Shown in pieces: positions 40,015-53,898 of a DNA stretch of 64,000 bases (its first letter is position 1; each line of letters starts with the position of its first letter). The DNA is from Malacoraja senta (lineage: Eukaryota): assembly GCA_038087875.1 (NCBI GenBank), contig CM075997.1, forward strand, positions 7,194,001 to 7,258,000, given 5' to 3'. A program made the position numbers and the translations under genes. Below the pieces are notes generated by a model. The model was given only the letters and a program-made list of their open reading frames with translations, was not told the DNA's origin and did no database searches.

Positions 40015-40494
40015 TAACTCTCTCTTATTCAGTTGCCTGATAACAGCTGGGAAGAAACTGTTCCTGTGCCTGACATGATGCCAAGTTAAACTAGTCCCCC
40101 CTTCCTTCACCTACTCCATATCCCTCCATTCCCTGCATATCACGTGCCTATCTAAAAGCCTCTTAAGCACCACGATCGTATCTGCCTCCACCACCACCCC
40201 TGGCAGCATGTTCCAGGCACCCACTACCCTCTGTGTAAAAACATGCCCACACATCTCCTTTAAACTTTGCCCCTCTCACCTACACCAAGGTGCCCTCTAG
40301 TCTTCAACATGTCCACCTTATGTAAAAGGTCTTCATTGTCTATCTCTCAAAACTTGATATATTTCTGTAGATTTCCCCTCAACCTCTGGCATTCGAGTGC
40401 AACCAATTCAAATTTGTCCAATCTCTTATGGTACGATACGATAGAATGTTATTTATCCCAGGAGGGAAATTGATCTGCCAACAGTCATAGATGG

Positions 40495-41000
40495 TTGGTG
40501 GTGTCCAGTGCCATCTTCTTCGCTGCCGTGTGCTGGGGCAGCAGGGCGAAGGCCATGGACGGCAACAGGATCAACAAACTCGTCGGGAAGGCCGGCTCCG
40601 TCCTGGGGGCGGAGTTGGAGTTGGAGTTGGATTCACGGGAGGTTGGTCTTGGAGGGGAGGATGCTCCTCAAACTGCGGAGCATCCTGGACAATACAGCTC
40701 ACACCCCCTCCATGACACACACTGGTCAACCTGAGGAGCACCTTCAGCAACAGACTGGTTCCACCAAGATGCAGCACAGAACGCCACAGGAGATCCTTCT
40801 TCCCTGTGGCTATCAAACTGTACATCTCCTCCCCCTTCTGTCGTGGGGTAGACTGAGACTGACTCCCCTCCCAAATCTTTGCATGCCCCCAATCCTGGAC
40901 TTTCCACTCGTCACTTTAATTTCACGTTTCACCTATCTTGTTGTGTTTTATGACTGATGGCCAATTTCCCTCGTGGGATAAATACAGTTCTATAGTATCG
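40495..41000 (+). mobile_element. Rex1/Babar-type LINE 3' fragment (other subfamily)
   Basis: VVSSAIFFAAVCWG...INKLVGKAGSVLG...SILDN..HPLH...RRSFFPVAIKLY. Confidence 0.75.
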
Positions 41001-41254
41001 TTTCATTATACAATGCCCCTGGCAGATGAAAGCAAGCTCACTATGCGCTTTGTTAATGTGAGTTCTTCTCGTACATTCTCAGGGATATTTTATAATAACC
41101 ATGGAGATTAACGTGGGCCTTTTTTTAAATTCTTGGGATAAAAACAAGAGGCATTTGAAATAGTTGAATGTTCCTGCGTCATCTATGATTCCTCACGAAA
41201 CCACATTATGGATCTATTAATCGATTGTCTGAACTTTTTCCAGACAAGAAACTT

Positions 41255-42125
41255 TTGAGGTGTGGCAGAGGTTCACCTGCACCTCCTCCAACCTCATCTA
41301 TTGCATCCGCTGCTCTAGATGTCAGCTGCTCTTCATCGGTGGGACCAAGCGTAGGCTTGGCGATCGCTTCGCCCAACACCTCCGCTCGGTTCGCAATAAC
41401 CAACCTGATCTCCCGGTGGCTCAGCACTTCAACTCCCCCTCCCATTCCGAATCCGACCTTTCTGTCCTCGGCCTCCTCCATGGCCAGAGTGAAAGCCCTG
41501 TCCCACTGTACGAGTTCATTCAAGACTTCTCCCGAGTTTGCCCTGATTCGAACTCGGAGATTTACGGTAATGGCCGCTGGTCGGTACTCGGGGCTCTCGT
41601 GGACATTTTTCAACATGTTGAAAAATCTTCACGAGTCTTCCCGAGCTTACCGCGTTTCCTGAGTACCTGCCATTAGCGTTACGAGCCGCTAAGAGACGTC
41701 CCCGAGCTCCGACGTACCTGCTACGTACATTCTACGTGCTTCCACGAGTTTGATTTTTTTTTAAACTCGGGAGAGCTCTTGAATGAACTCGTACAGTGGG
41801 ACAGGGCTTTGAGGCCCACCGTAAATTGGAGGAGCAGCACCTCATATTTCGCTTGGGCAGTTTGCACCCCAGCGGTATGAACATTGACTTCACTAATTTC
41901 AGGTAGTCCTCACTGTCTCCTCCCCTTCTCAGCTCTCCCTCAGCCCACTGGCTCCATCTCTTCCTTTCTTCTTCCCGCCCCCCCCCCCCCATCCTGACAT
42001 CATTGAAAAAGGGTCTCGACCCGAAACGTTGCCTATTTCCTTCACTCCATAGATGCTGCCTCACCCGCTGAGTTTCTCCAGCATTTTTGTCTACCTTTGA
42101 TTTTCCAGCATCTGCAGTTCCTTCG
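41255..42125 (+). mobile_element. Penelope-like GIY-YIG 3' fragment + pLTR, interrupted by a MITE
   Basis: FTCTSSNLIYCIRCSRCQLLFIGGTKRRLGDRFAQH...LEEQHLIFRLGSLHPSGMN. Confidence 0.9.
41493..41809. mobile_element. PIF/Harbinger-type MITE
   Basis: tga|aagccctgtcccac...gtgggacagggctt|tga (3-bp TSD). Confidence 0.92.
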
Positions 42126-42375
42126 TAAACAAGAGACTTTGACGACTTGCTGATACCGCACATATTACCTGCCTGATAACTTATACACTGTAAAACACAA
42201 GGGAAGCAGGCTTGACTCACAGAGAAAGCATTATCGAAATCAGTTCAAAACGCTGACATTATCACTGAGAAAATAATTAAAGTTTGGATTTTCAATTTTC
42301 TTCCTGACTGCTTTGACTGATGGTGATTCATCTTCTCATTTTCTGGATCTGGGTGTCACTGTCTGGGTCGACGTC

Positions 42376-42955
42376 GGCACGGTGGTGCTGCGGTAGAGTT
42401 GCTGCCTTAAAGCCCTGTCCCACTGTACGAGTTCATTCCAAGAGCTCTCCCGAGTTTGCCCTGATTCGAACTCGGAGATTTACGGTAATGGCCACTCGTC
42501 GGTACTCGGGGCTCTCGTGGACATTTTTCAACATGTTGAAAAATCTTTATGAGTCTTCCCGTGCTTACCTGCCGTTAGCGCTGAGAGACGGCCCCGAGCT
42601 CCGACGTACCCGCTACGTTCATTCTCCGTGCTTACCACGAGTTTGATTTTTTAAAACTCGGGAGAGCTCTTGGAATGAACTCGTACCGTGGGACAGGGCC
42701 ATTACAGCGTTAGAGACCCGGGTCCGATCCTGACTACGGGTGTTGTTTTTGTGGAGTCTGTGCATTGTCCCTGCGACCGTGTGGGTTTTCTCCGGGTTCT
42801 CCGGATTCCCACCACTTTCCAACGACTTGCAGGTTTGTAGGTTAATTGGCTTCTATAAATTGTCCCTTAGTGTGTCAGATGGAACTAGCAAATGGGGGAT
42901 CGCTGGTCAGTGGGTCGAAGGGTCTGTTTCCGCGCTGTATTTCTAAACTAAACAA
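42376..42955 (+). mobile_element. V-SINE interrupted by a MITE
   Basis: Head gttgctgcctta resumes as cagcg after the MITE. Confidence 0.85.
42410..42701. mobile_element. PIF/Harbinger-type MITE
   Basis: tta|aagccctgtcccac...gtgggacagggcca|tta. Confidence 0.9.
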
Positions 42956-43224
42956 AATTTACTGCCTGCCCCTACTTGCCTTTGCGGAGGAGGTGGCGAA
43001 TCACCTTCTTACCTCTGCGATGGGCAAGGAAGGAATGATGTGTAGATGCAGACTTACACCGAAGGTCGACACAAAATGCTGGAGTCACTCAGCGGGTCAG
43101 GCGGCACGTCTGGAGAAAAGGAATAGGTGACCTTTCTGGTCGAGACCCTTCTTCAGGAGTGACGATATCTCTCCAAGTCCGAAAGGGGTGCATCTTGGAA
43201 GGGGATCTGGTGATAAGTTGACGT

Positions 43225-43785
43225 TCAAGAGAGTTTATTGTCATGTGTCCCCGATAGGACAATGACATTCTTGCTTTGCTTCAGCACAACAGAATATAGA
43301 CGGCATGAATACAGAACAGATCAGTGTGTCCATATACCATTATATAAATATATACACACATGAATAAATAAACAGATAAAGTTCAAATAAACAGATAATG
43401 GGCTATCAATGTTCAGAGTTTTGTTTGAGTTGAGTTTAATAGCCTGATGGCTGTGGGGAAGTAGCTATTCCTGAACCTGGACGTTGCAGTCTTCAGGCTC
43501 CTGTACCTTCTACCTGAAGGTAGCGGGGAGATGAGTGTGTGGCCAGGATGGTGTGGGTCCTTGATGATGCTGCCAGCCTTTTTGAGGCAGCGACTGCGAT
43601 AGATCCCCTCGATGGAAGGGAGGTCAGAGCCGATGATGGACTCTGTAGCAGTGTTTACTACTTTTTGTAGTCTTTTCCTCTCCAGGGCGCTCAAGTTGCC
43701 GAACCGAGCCACGATGCAACCAGTCAGCATGCTCTCTACTGTGCACCTGTAGAGGTTAGAGAGAGTCCTCCTTGACAAACCGATA
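43225..43785 (-). mobile_element. Rex1/Babar-type LINE 3' fragment
   Basis: LSNLYRCTVESMLTGCI...RFRNSYFPTAIRLLN; 3' UTR ggacacatgacaataaa. Confidence 0.87.
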
Positions 43786-43921
43786 TAAGCGATATAAACC
43801 AGGCTCTGTAATTGAGTTTATACTAAAGCCATACACGATAGTGCAGACCGTTGGAGTCCAAAGATCATGTCACCGTAACCAAAGATCCAAGTTCCACTCA
43901 GGCATTCAACGTCTCAGAATG

Positions 43922-44210
43922 TGCGGCACGGTGGCGCAGCGGTAGAGTTGCTGCCTTACAACGCCAGAGACCCAGGTTCGATCCTGACTGCGGGTGCTGT
44001 CTGTACGGAGTTTGTACGTTCTCCCCGTGACCTACATGGGTTTTCTCCGAGATCCAAAGACGTCCAGGTTAGTACGCCAATTGGCTTGGTGAAATTGTAA
44101 ATTGTCCCGAGTGTGGGTAGGATAGTGTTAATGTGCGGGGATCGCTGGTCACCACGTACACGGTGGGCCGAAGGGCCTGTTTCCGCGCCGTATCCTTAAA
44201 CTAAAGTAAG
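43922..44210 (+). mobile_element. V-SINE
   Basis: Full head, core and tail. Confidence 0.88.
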
Positions 44211-44264
44211 CTAAGCAAAATTAGTGTGTGTCCTAACATTTTTAAATTTTAAACGTCTAACTAA

Positions 44265-44594
44265 TGGGCCTGTCCCACTTACGCGACTTTTTCGGTGACT
44301 GCCAGCACCCGCCATAGGTCGTTACAGGTTGCCGAAAATTTTCAGACATGTTGAAAATCCAGCGGCCACCAGAACAAGGTACGACTCTTTGGGCGACTAC
44401 TCACGCCCATATAGGCGTCACCCCGCGACATGTCGCCTGTACGGTCGTGAGTCGTCTCCTCAGTCGCCCAAAGAGTCGTAGCGTCTTTCTGGTCGTCGCT
44501 GGATTTTCAACATGTTGAAAAATCTCGGCGACCTGCAACGACCTATGACGGGGGCCGGCAGTCGCCGAAAAAGTCGCGTAAGTGGGACCGCCCA
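44265..44594. mobile_element. PIF/Harbinger-type MITE (near-palindromic)
   Basis: taa|tgggcctgtcccacttacgcgacttttt...aaaaagtcgcgtaagtgggaccgccca|taa. Confidence 0.88.
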
Positions 44595-45502
44595 TAATTC
44601 ACTTTGGCACGAATCAAACTAACCATGGATCATCTGCAGGCAGTTATGATTCGCTTATGAGTTATAGAGTCATAGAGTTTTACTGCCTAGTTCTGCTCCT
44701 AAATGTTATGAACTTATGAACTTAATTTGGCATCATGTTAGGTACAGACATTGTGGGCCGAAGGGCCTGTTCCACTGCTGTACTGGTCTATGTTCTTTGA
44801 GGGGTGACCTTATTGAATTGGACAAAATCATGAGGGCATTGGATAAATTGAACACTCACAGTCTTTACCCTGGAATAGAGGGTTCTAAAACTAGAGGGCA
44901 TAGGTTTAAGGTGAGAAGGAAGAGTTTTAACAGGGACCTTGGTGGGCAACCTTATCACTCAGAGATCGTCCATATCTGGAAAGAATTGCCAGCAGAAACT
45001 GGAAGCGGATACAATAATGACGTTACACTGTATGTCATGTTGTTACTTGTGGGCGGAGCACCAAGGCAAATTCCTTGTATGTGAATACTTGGCCAATAAA
45101 CTTACTTACTTAATTACTTATAACAACTTTCAAAAGACACTTGGACAGGTCTATGGATAGGAAGGGTTTAGGGGACTATGGGCCAACTGCATGTAAATGG
45201 GACTAGCCCAGAATGCCAACTTGGTCAGCAAGGATAATTTGGAGAAACAATGAACTGCAGATACTGGCTTGCAAAATAAGACACAAAGTGCTGGAGTAAC
45301 TCAGCAGATCATGCAGCATCTGTGGAGAACGAAGATAGGTGACATTTCGGGACGGACCTTCTTCAGGCCTTGGATAGGAAATGGTTTAAGAGGGATGTAT
45401 AGACAAAGTACAGGCAGGTGGGTCTAGTGTAGATGGGTCAGCATTGGCAAGTTGGGCCGAATGGCCTAATTTTTGTTTCCATGCTCTATAACTCGGCGTA
45501 CA

Positions 45503-45792
45503 GGCAGCACGGTGACGCAGCGGTAGGAGTTGTGGCCTTGCAGCGCCAAAGTCCCGCGTCCGATCCTGACTATGGATGCTGTCTGTACGGAGTTTGCACG
45601 TTCTCCCCGTGACCTGCGTGGGTTTTCTCCGAGAACTTCCGTATCCTCCCACACTCCAAAGACGTACAGGTTTGTAGGTTCATTGGCTTGGTATAGATGT
45701 AAATTGCCCCTAGTGTGTGCGGGGATCGCTGGTCGGCGCGGACTCGGTGGGCTGAAGGGCCTATTTCCGCACTGTGTCTCTAATCTAAACTA
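45503..45792 (+). mobile_element. V-SINE
   Basis: Head, core and tail. Confidence 0.85.
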
Positions 45793-46037
45793 AATGAAGA
45801 CTCAAGAACAAGGACCATTATAAGTCAGGAATCACCCATCAAAATGCATACTCACTTGGTAATTGTTAGTGCACATAATGGGTGGTGAATCTGTGGAATT
45901 CTTTGCCACAGACAGCTGTGGAGGCTAAGTCAATGGATGTTTTTAAGGCAGAGATAGATAGATTCTTGATCAGTGCGGGTGTCAGGGACTATTGGAAGAA
46001 GGCAGCAGAATGGGGTTAGGAGAGATAGATCAGCCAT

Positions 46038-46440
46038 GAGAGAGGATCTCATTGAAACATATAAGATTATTAAGGGTTTGGACTCGCTAGAGGCAGGAAA
46101 CATGTTCCTGATGTTGGGGGAGTCCAGAACCAGGGGCCACAGTTTAAGAATAAGGGGTAAGCCATTTAGAACGGAGACGAGGAAACACTTTTTCACACAG
46201 AGAGATCTGAGTCTGTGGAATTCTCTGCCTCAGAGGGCGGTGGAGGCAGGTTCTCTGGATACTTTCAAGAGAGAGCTAGATAGGGCTCTTAAAAATAGCG
46301 GAGTCAGGGGATATGGGGAGAAGGCAGGAACGGGGTACTGATTGGGGATGATCAGCCATGATCACATTGAATGGCGTTGCTGGCTCGAAGGGCCGAATGG
46401 CCTAATCCTGCACCTATTGTCTATTGTCTAATGTCTATTG
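46038..46440 (+). mobile_element. Young CR1 3' fragment nested in an older CR1 tail (45880-46510)
   Basis: DLIETYKIIKGLD...AGTGY; older tail resumes at attgaatggcggagtagac. Confidence 0.9.
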
Positions 46441-46945
46441 ATTGAATGGCGGAGTAGACTAGATGGGCCGAATGGCCTAATTCTGTTCCTATCACCTATG
46501 ATCTTATGACTTTATAGTGAAGACAAAGGTATGGGCTGACCATGAGAGGCAGAGTGAGGAAGGAGACCATGAATTATGTAGAGAGCGGGCTGGAAACTGT
46601 GTTGCTAGGCGTGTAGCTGGTGCATAATTTGTATGGATGGCAGCAACTGTGTGGGCCGTGTCTGTGGTACTAAAATCAATGCTTCCCCTGGTTTTATTTT
46701 CAGTAATAATTGCTTTTGTAGAAATAAACAAATCATTTATGTCACGGTGCAGCACTTTTGAAACACATATCATCCAGAAAATTTACTTTGAAATGTTTTT
46801 TTTTTAAAAGCAGTGCCCAGTCAGACTGTAACAGGATCCCACTGTCGGCAGTTTAATACACGCCTGCTCGGGCAGGTTGGTTAATGGAGGCATGTTGGGC
46901 CAGGGGATTGATGGCATGCAGAGAATGGTGCCAGGCAGAGAATAG

Positions 46946-48170
46946 TGCCACGGTGGCACAGCGGTGGAGTTGCTGCCTCACAACGCTTGCCGCAACGGAG
47001 ACGCGGGTTCGATCCCGACCACGGGCGCTGTCTGTAAGGAGTTTGTACGTTCTCCCCGTGACCCGAGTGGGTTTTCCCCGAAATCTTCGGTTTCCTCCCA
47101 CACTCTAAAGAGTTGCTGCGTGATAGAGTGATACAGTGTGGAAACAGGCCCTCCAGCCCAACTTGCCCACACCAGCCAAGATAGATAGATAGAATCTTTA
47201 TTTGCCACACGACCAGGGTTGGTGGTAATTGGGTTCGGTACATGATGGTACACTGCTTTAGCACATTAACACTAATAACAACACAGATCATAATAATAAA
47301 GTGCATCCATACCACATCACAAATCACAAATCTCACCAACAATACATAGTGCAAAAGAACAGACAAAAACCATAGACAAGACACTGTATACATCAAAGTC
47401 AAAAAGTTATTGGAGGGAATTAAGTGTTCTTATTGCTGAGGGGAAGAAACTGTTTTTAAAGCGGGTGGATTTTGTAGCAAGTGACCCAAGGCGCCTCCCT
47501 GAAGGGAGAGACTGGAAAAGGTGGTTTGCTGGATGGGAGGGGTCCGAGATGATCTTTGTTGCCCGTTTTGAGGTACGTTGGAGGTAAATGGAATGGATTG
47601 AGGGGAGGGGAGAGTTGATGATCCTAGAGGCCTTGGAGACAATGTCCAAGCTACACTAGTCCCACCTGCCTGATATGGGGTACTGATTGTGGATGATCAG
47701 CCATGATCACATTGGCTCAAAGTGTCAAATGGCTTACTCCTGCACCTATTGTCTATTGTCTATTGCCTGCGTTTGGTCCATATCCCTCCAAACCTGTCCT
47801 ATCCATGTACCTGTCTAATTGTTTTTTAAGTGTTGGGATAGTCTCAGCCTCAATTACCTCCTCTGGCAGCTTGTTCCATACACCCACCACCCTTTGTGTG
47901 AAAAGGTTACCCCTCAGATTCCTATTCAATCTTTTCCCCTTCGCCTTAAACCCATGTCCTTTGGTCCTTGATTCACCTGCTCTGGGCAAGAGACTCTGTG
48001 CATCTACCCGATCTATTTCCCTCGTGTTTTTATACATTATGTAGGTTAATTGCCTTTGTATAAGTGTAAATTGTCCCTAGTGTGTGTAGGATGGTGTTAG
48101 TGTGCGGAGATCGCTGGTCGGACTCGGTGGTCCGCAGGGCCTGTTTCCGCCCTGTATCTAAACTGAACTA
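46946..48170 (+). mobile_element. V-SINE split by nested CR1 (-), Rex1-type (-, ~47180-47645) and CR1 tail (+) insertions
   Basis: SINE breaks at ~47110 and resumes at ~48040; inner SDPSHPANHLFQSLPSGRR...RFKNSFFPSAIR. Confidence 0.8.
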
Positions 48171-48436
48171 AACCTGCTGTTTGTGTAGGAACTTCAGAAG
48201 AAGGGTCTTGAGCCTAAACATCCCCGTCGCCCGCTGATTTACTCTAGATTTTTGTGTCTATCTTTGGTTTAAACCAGCAGCTTTGTAGGTTAATTGGCCC
48301 TCTGTAAATTGCCGCTTAATATGTAGTGGGATAACTCGTGTGAATGGGTGATCGATGGTCGGTGGGCCGAAGGGCCTGTTTCCACGCTATATCTCCAAAC
48401 TCTAAACTCCAAGTAAATGAAACTATGTAAAACAGA

Positions 48437-48865
48437 AGGGCCTGTCCCACGTTGCGATTTTTTCAGCAACTGCGAAGGTCAGTGACTGACGCTCTAAAAA
48501 CCGTCAAGTTGTACGACACTCCGTGTCACCGTCACGTCAAGCCATGACACTCCGCATCAGCCGCCTTCACAACGCAAGAAGGTTACACCGAAGTATAATA
48601 ATCACATTGGAAATGAACTTATCTACAATAAATCTAAGGACCAATAACTTATTAATGGATAAGTCGGCGCTTTATATACCCGCGTCACCCGCAGGACAGC
48701 ATACGTCAGCGTGTGACAGGGCGCACAACAGCATGAGACACCCAGATGTCGCCTGAAAACTTGGAACATTCCAAAATCCAGGGGGCGACAGGGAGACACC
48801 GCGCGTCACGCCCCGACCTCTTTTCAGGCTGTTGCCGAAAATGTCGCCCAAGTGGGACAGGGCCT
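48437..48865. mobile_element. PIF/Harbinger-type MITE
   Basis: agggcctgtcccac ... gtgggacagggcct; subterminal IR ttttcagcaac / gttgccgaaaa. Confidence 0.8.
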
Positions 48866-49239
48866 CAAGACAAATGCAATACGTTTACAGTAAATCTCTG
48901 GATTCTGTGCAGCCTCAGTGAATGGGGTCGGACAACTTTCTGAGCGAAAATGATGGTTGTCAGTTTCTTTTTAGTGGCAATATTATCAAAGTTTGTTATC
49001 CCTTGACATGGATGGAGTGGTCCATCATTCATTATCAAGTGACACTGAACGTAAAGATGTAATAAAGCGAAAGATAGCACTTGTATTTCTAGACTGTCTT
49101 CCCTAACCGTTGGATGTGCCAAAGTGCTTCAGCGCTAGTTTGTAAGTCTGAGGACTTTAGACATCAGAGACGCAGTGTGTGAACAGGCTCTACGGCCCAC
49201 AAAGTCCGCGCCAACCAGCGATCACCCCGTACACTAGCA

Positions 49240-50100
49240 CCATCCTACGAAGATTATGGAGATTCGGCATGTCGAAGAGGATTCTCCTAAACCTCTGCAG
49301 GTGCACAGTAGCGAGCATTCTGACTGGTTGCATCGTGGTCTGGTTCGGCAACTTGAACGTCCAGGAGCGAAAAAGACTACAAAAAGTTGTGACCACTGCC
49401 CAGTCCATCACCGGCATTGACCCCCCCACCGTCGAAGGGATCTATCGTAGTCGCTGCCTCACAAAGGCAGCCAAAATCATCAAGGACCCACACCATCCTG
49501 GCCACACACTTATCTCACCACTGCCATCGGGAAGAAGGTACAGGAGCCTGAAGACTGTAACGTCCAGGTTCAGGAACAGCTACTTCCCCACAGCCATCAG
49601 GCTATTAAACACATCGAATAAGCTATGAGCTCTGAATATTTGTTATTTATTGAACTTTTTCTTTTTTTTCTCCTGTTATATACAATGTTTACATATTCAC
49701 ATATTCTGTTGTGCTGCAGCAAGAAAAAGCCCTGTCCCACTCTACGAGTTCATTCCAAGAGCTCTCCTGAGTTTAAAAAAAAATCAAACTCGTGGTAAGC
49801 ACGTAGAATGAACGTAGCGGGTACGTCGGAGCTCGGGGACGCCTCTTGGCGGCTCGTGACGCTAACGGCAGGTACTCGGGACATGCGGTAAGCTCGTGAA
49901 GTCTCGTGAAGATTTTTCAACATGATGAAAAATGTCCACGAGAGCCCCGAGTACCGACGAGCGGCCATTACCGTAAATCTCCGAGTTTGAATCAGGGCAA
50001 ACTCGGGAGAACTCTTGGAATGAACTCGTACAGTGGGATTGGGCTTTTAGAATTTCATTGTCCCATCCGGGACATATGACAATAAAACACTCTTAACTCT
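49240..50100 (+). mobile_element. Rex1/Babar-type LINE 3' fragment with a MITE (49727-50046) in its 3' UTR
   Basis: LRRLWRFGMSKRILLNLCRCTV...AIRLLN; tail gacatatgacaataaaa. Confidence 0.87.
49727..50046. mobile_element. PIF/Harbinger-type MITE
   Basis: aagccctgtcccac ... gtgggattgggctt; same family as 9664 and 39697. Confidence 0.85.
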
Positions 50101-50349
50101 TGTCACACTTGAACAATTTTCACAATTTTTACAGAAACCAGAAGTGTGGGAGGGAACCAGAGCACCTGAAGAAAACACATGAGGTCACGGGGAGAACGTG
50201 CAAACTCCGTACAGACAGCACCCGTAGTCAGGATCGAACTCGGGACTCTGGCGCTGTGAGACAGTGGCTGTACAAGCTGCACCACTGTGCCAGAATAATA
50301 CTTTGCATTTGAAAAGGCGACCTTAGCACAGACACTCTTTATAATTTCT

Positions 50350-50578
50350 AAGAAGGAACTGCAGATGCTGGAAAATCGAAGGTAGACAAAAATGCTGGAG
50401 AAAATCAGCGGGTGAGGCAGCATCTATGGGGCGAAGGGAATAGGCGACGTTTCGGGTCGAGACCGAAGTCAGCATATTATTAGTCAGAAGAAGGGTCTCG
50501 ACACGAAACGTCGCCTATTTCCTTCGCTCCATAGATGCTGCCTCACCCGCTGAGTTTCTCCAGCATTTTTGTCCACCT
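50350..50578. repeat. Penelope pLTR-derived inverted pair
   Basis: ~80-bp arms around a short spacer; each arm carries a GAAACGTC box. Confidence 0.8.
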
Positions 50579-50812
50579 CTTTATAATTTCAGAAGCTTTC
50601 TCAAGCTAACTGAAATTGTACATTTGGGGACCATAATATTTTGAGGGACAATTTTCACTTTTTTATTCCTATCAATTCTTTGTCCGAAGTTAGTAGCCTT
50701 TGGTGAAACAAGTTCCAGGCTCCAGTACTATCCCTTGCCCAGACATTGACGGAAGTGTCAATACTATTACAATAATTAAAACACATTTGGATTGGTATAT
50801 GAACATTTTTGT

Positions 50813-51260
50813 GCGGCATGGTGACGCAGCGGTAGAGTTGCTGCCTCACAGCGCCAGAGACCCGGGGTTCGATCCTGACTAGGGGGCGCTGTCTGTACGG
50901 AGTTTGTACGTTCTCTCCGTGACCTACGTGGGTTTTCTCCGGGAGCTCTGGATTCCTCCCACACTCCAAAGACGTGCAGGTTTGTGGGATAATCTTCTTC
51001 TTCTTGTCGAGTCCACACACAAGATCAGAAGTTGCTCAGCCAGAGCTGAACACACTTCTCGGCATCTGCATACAATGGTGTCTGTCTTGTCGCTTCTTGT
51101 GCTTGTCGCGCGTGGTGGTGGAAAGACTGGTGGGAACAGGGCCGTGACGTGAACGCTCTTTCCTTGATCCCATCGGTTAATTGGGTTCGGTAAAATTGTA
51201 AATTAGTGTATGCGGCTCGGTGGGTCGAAGGGCCTGTTTCCGCGCTGTATCACTAAAACC
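50813..51260 (+). mobile_element. V-SINE with a nested ~180-bp minus-strand (AAG)n-tailed element (~50993-51175)
   Basis: SINE core resumes at ggttaattgg; insert begins (ctt)n gtcgagtccac. Confidence 0.7.
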
Positions 51261-51984
51261 GAAAGTCTAACGGTATATGGATAGGAAGGCTTTAGAGAGA
51301 TAAGGGCCAAATGTGGGCAGGTGGGACTAGTGCAGATGGCATCTAGGTCAGCATGGACGAGTTGGGCCGAAGGGCCTGTTTCTGTGCTGTATGTCACACA
51401 TGACACTTCTTGGAGAACCACAACTGGTAACGTGTAGAACACAACAAAATCTGGGCTGATTTTATTACAGATGAGCTCTGAGCTCTGAGCTCTTCTGAAC
51501 CATGTTGCTTAAAAAAAAAAAAAATTTACAGCCACTCAAGTGAGCTGCCATTGATTTTGTGTCGGCCTGTATAGGTTTTAGTCAAAGTCTGAAGGTAGAG
51601 ACCAGGAGGTGTGCAGTAAGGGTGAAGGTGTCAGTAGCAGTGATGTTTGTCGGTGCCAGCTCAATGACTTGCAACAGGCCAGACTGCTTCTTCGAAACAT
51701 AGACAATAGGTGCAGGAGTAGGCCATTCGGCCCTCCAGGCCAACATCGCCATTCAATGTGATCATGGCTGATCATCCAAATCATTAGTCCGTTCCTGCTT
51801 ATTTCCCCATATCCCTTGATTCCGTTAGCCCTAAGAGCTGAATCTAACTCTCTCTTGAGATACATAGATAAGGAGGAGTAAGGTGTGAAAATAGGACAAA
51901 GGGGATGGTGATCAAGGACAATGTAGAAGAGATCATTGTTGGCTGGGAGAAGGTGACAACAAAGCAAACAGAGATAAAATGTAT

Positions 51985-52555
51985 GGTAGACAAAAGTGCT
52001 GGAGAAACTCAGCGGGTGCGGCAGCATCTATGGAGCGAAGGAAATAGGCAACGTTTCGGGCCGAAACCCTTCTTCAGTCTGAGTTTCTCCAACTGAGTTT
52101 CACCCGCTTAGTTTCTCCAGCACTTTTGTCTACCTTCGATTTTCCAGCATCAGTTCCTTCTTAAGCAGAGATAAAATGTAGTCAGAGACAGTCAGACTGG
52201 TCGGAGAACTGGGAAGGGGGAGGGGATGGAGAGAGAGGAAAAGCAAGGGCCACTTGAAGTTAGAGAAGTCAATGTTCATACCGCTGGGGTGTAAGCTGCC
52301 CAAGCGAAATATGAGGTGCTGTTCCTCCAATTTGTGCTGGGCCTCACTCTGACAGTGGAGGAGGCCCAGGACAGAAAGGTCAGTGTGGGAATGGGAGGGG
52401 GAGTTAAAGTGTTTGGCAACCGGGAGATCAGGTAGGTTTAGACAGACTAAGCGGAGGTGTTCAGCAAACTGATCGCAGAGCCTGTGCTTGATCTCCAGTA
52501 GATGAGGTTGGAGGAGGTGCAAGTGAACCTCTGCCTCACCTGGAAAGACTGTCGG
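51985..52555 (-). mobile_element. Penelope-like GIY-YIG 3' fragment + rearranged pLTR
   Basis: FAEHLRLVCLNLPDLPVAKHFN...LEEQHLIFRLGSLHPSGMNIDF; hammerhead-like motif at 52050-52077. Confidence 0.88.
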
Positions 52556-52616
52556 GATGGACTGTGAAACGCCAGCCAGGAATTCATCCAAACACAACTT
52601 CTCGTCAACGTTTTGT

Positions 52617-52918
52617 CACGGTGGCTCAGCGGTAGAGTTGCTGCCTCACAGCGCCAGAGACCCGGGTTCGATCCCGACTACGGGTGCTGTCCGTACGGAG
52701 TTTGTACGTTCTCCCCGTGACCTGCGTGGGTTTTCTCCGAGATCTTCAGTTTCCTCCCACACTCCAAAGACGAGCAGGTTTGTAGGTTAATTGGCTTGGT
52801 ATAAATGTAAATTGTCCATATTGTGTGTGGGATAGTGTTAGTGTGCGGGAATCGGTGCGGACTCAGCCGACTGAAGGACCTGTTTCCGCGCTGTATCTCT
52901 AAACTAAACTAAACTAAA
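52617..52918 (+). mobile_element. V-SINE
   Basis: Head, core, (taaac)n tail. Confidence 0.88.
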
Positions 52919-53601
52919 TTAAAGTAACATATGTTCCAAATGCAATTGGAAGATTGATGACAAATTTCCTTGCCATTGCAATCCCAATTCTATTACAGTG
53001 CTATTCCGTCTTCTAATTGGATTGAATGATTGAAAGATATAGCGTGGAAACATGCCCTTTGGCCCACAGAGTCCATGCCGACCATCGGTCACCCGAGCAC
53101 AGATTAGTCTCGTGTTATCCCACTTTTTCGTCCGCACCCTACACATCACGGGCAATTTACAAGGGGGCCAATTAACCTGCAAACCCGCACTTCTTTGGGA
53201 TGTGGGCGGAAGCCAGAGCGGCAGGAGTAAATCCACGCGCTCACAGGGACGACGTGCAAACTCCACACAGTTAGCACCCGAGGTCAGGTCTCTGGCACTA
53301 TGAGGCAGCGGTTCTACCAGCTGCGCCATTTTTCATAGCATAGCAATCAATATGTCAGAATTTCATTCTCTTGATTAACCAGGGAATACTACTGAAGAAT
53401 TAATAGAGTCAGAAAAATGAGGCAAAGCCATTAAAAGGGCATTAAAAATGAAACATGCAATAGTAAAAGCAATATTTTCTCTTTGTAATTCCATTTGAAA
53501 ATCAATACATATATTCTGCAGCTAAGTTAGTCGTTTTTGTCCTGCGAAAAAGACTCAACTTACAACATCCTAATTACACATACTTTTACCTTTCTCTTGG
53601 G

Positions 53602-53898
53602 GTGGCACGGTGGCTCAGCGGTAGAGTTGCTGCCTTACAGTGCTGGAGACCCGGGTTCCATCCTGACCACGAGTGCTGTCTGTACGGAGTTTGTACGTTC
53701 TCCCCGTGATCGCATGGGTGCTCCGGTTTCCTCCCACACTCCAAAGACGTGCAGGTTTGTACGTTAATTGGCTTGGTTATCATTGTAAATTGCCCCTAGT
53801 GTGTGTAGGATGGTGTTAGTGTGCGGGGATCGCTGGTCGGCGCGGACTCGTGGACTGAAGGGCCTGTTTCCGCGCTGTATCTCTAAACTAACTAAACA
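53602..53898 (+). mobile_element. V-SINE
   Basis: Head, core, tail. Confidence 0.88.

Noticed and set aside
43855..43895. Two ccaaagatc words resembling the hAT TIR
   Set aside because: Direct orientation, no matching inverted end or 8-bp TSD
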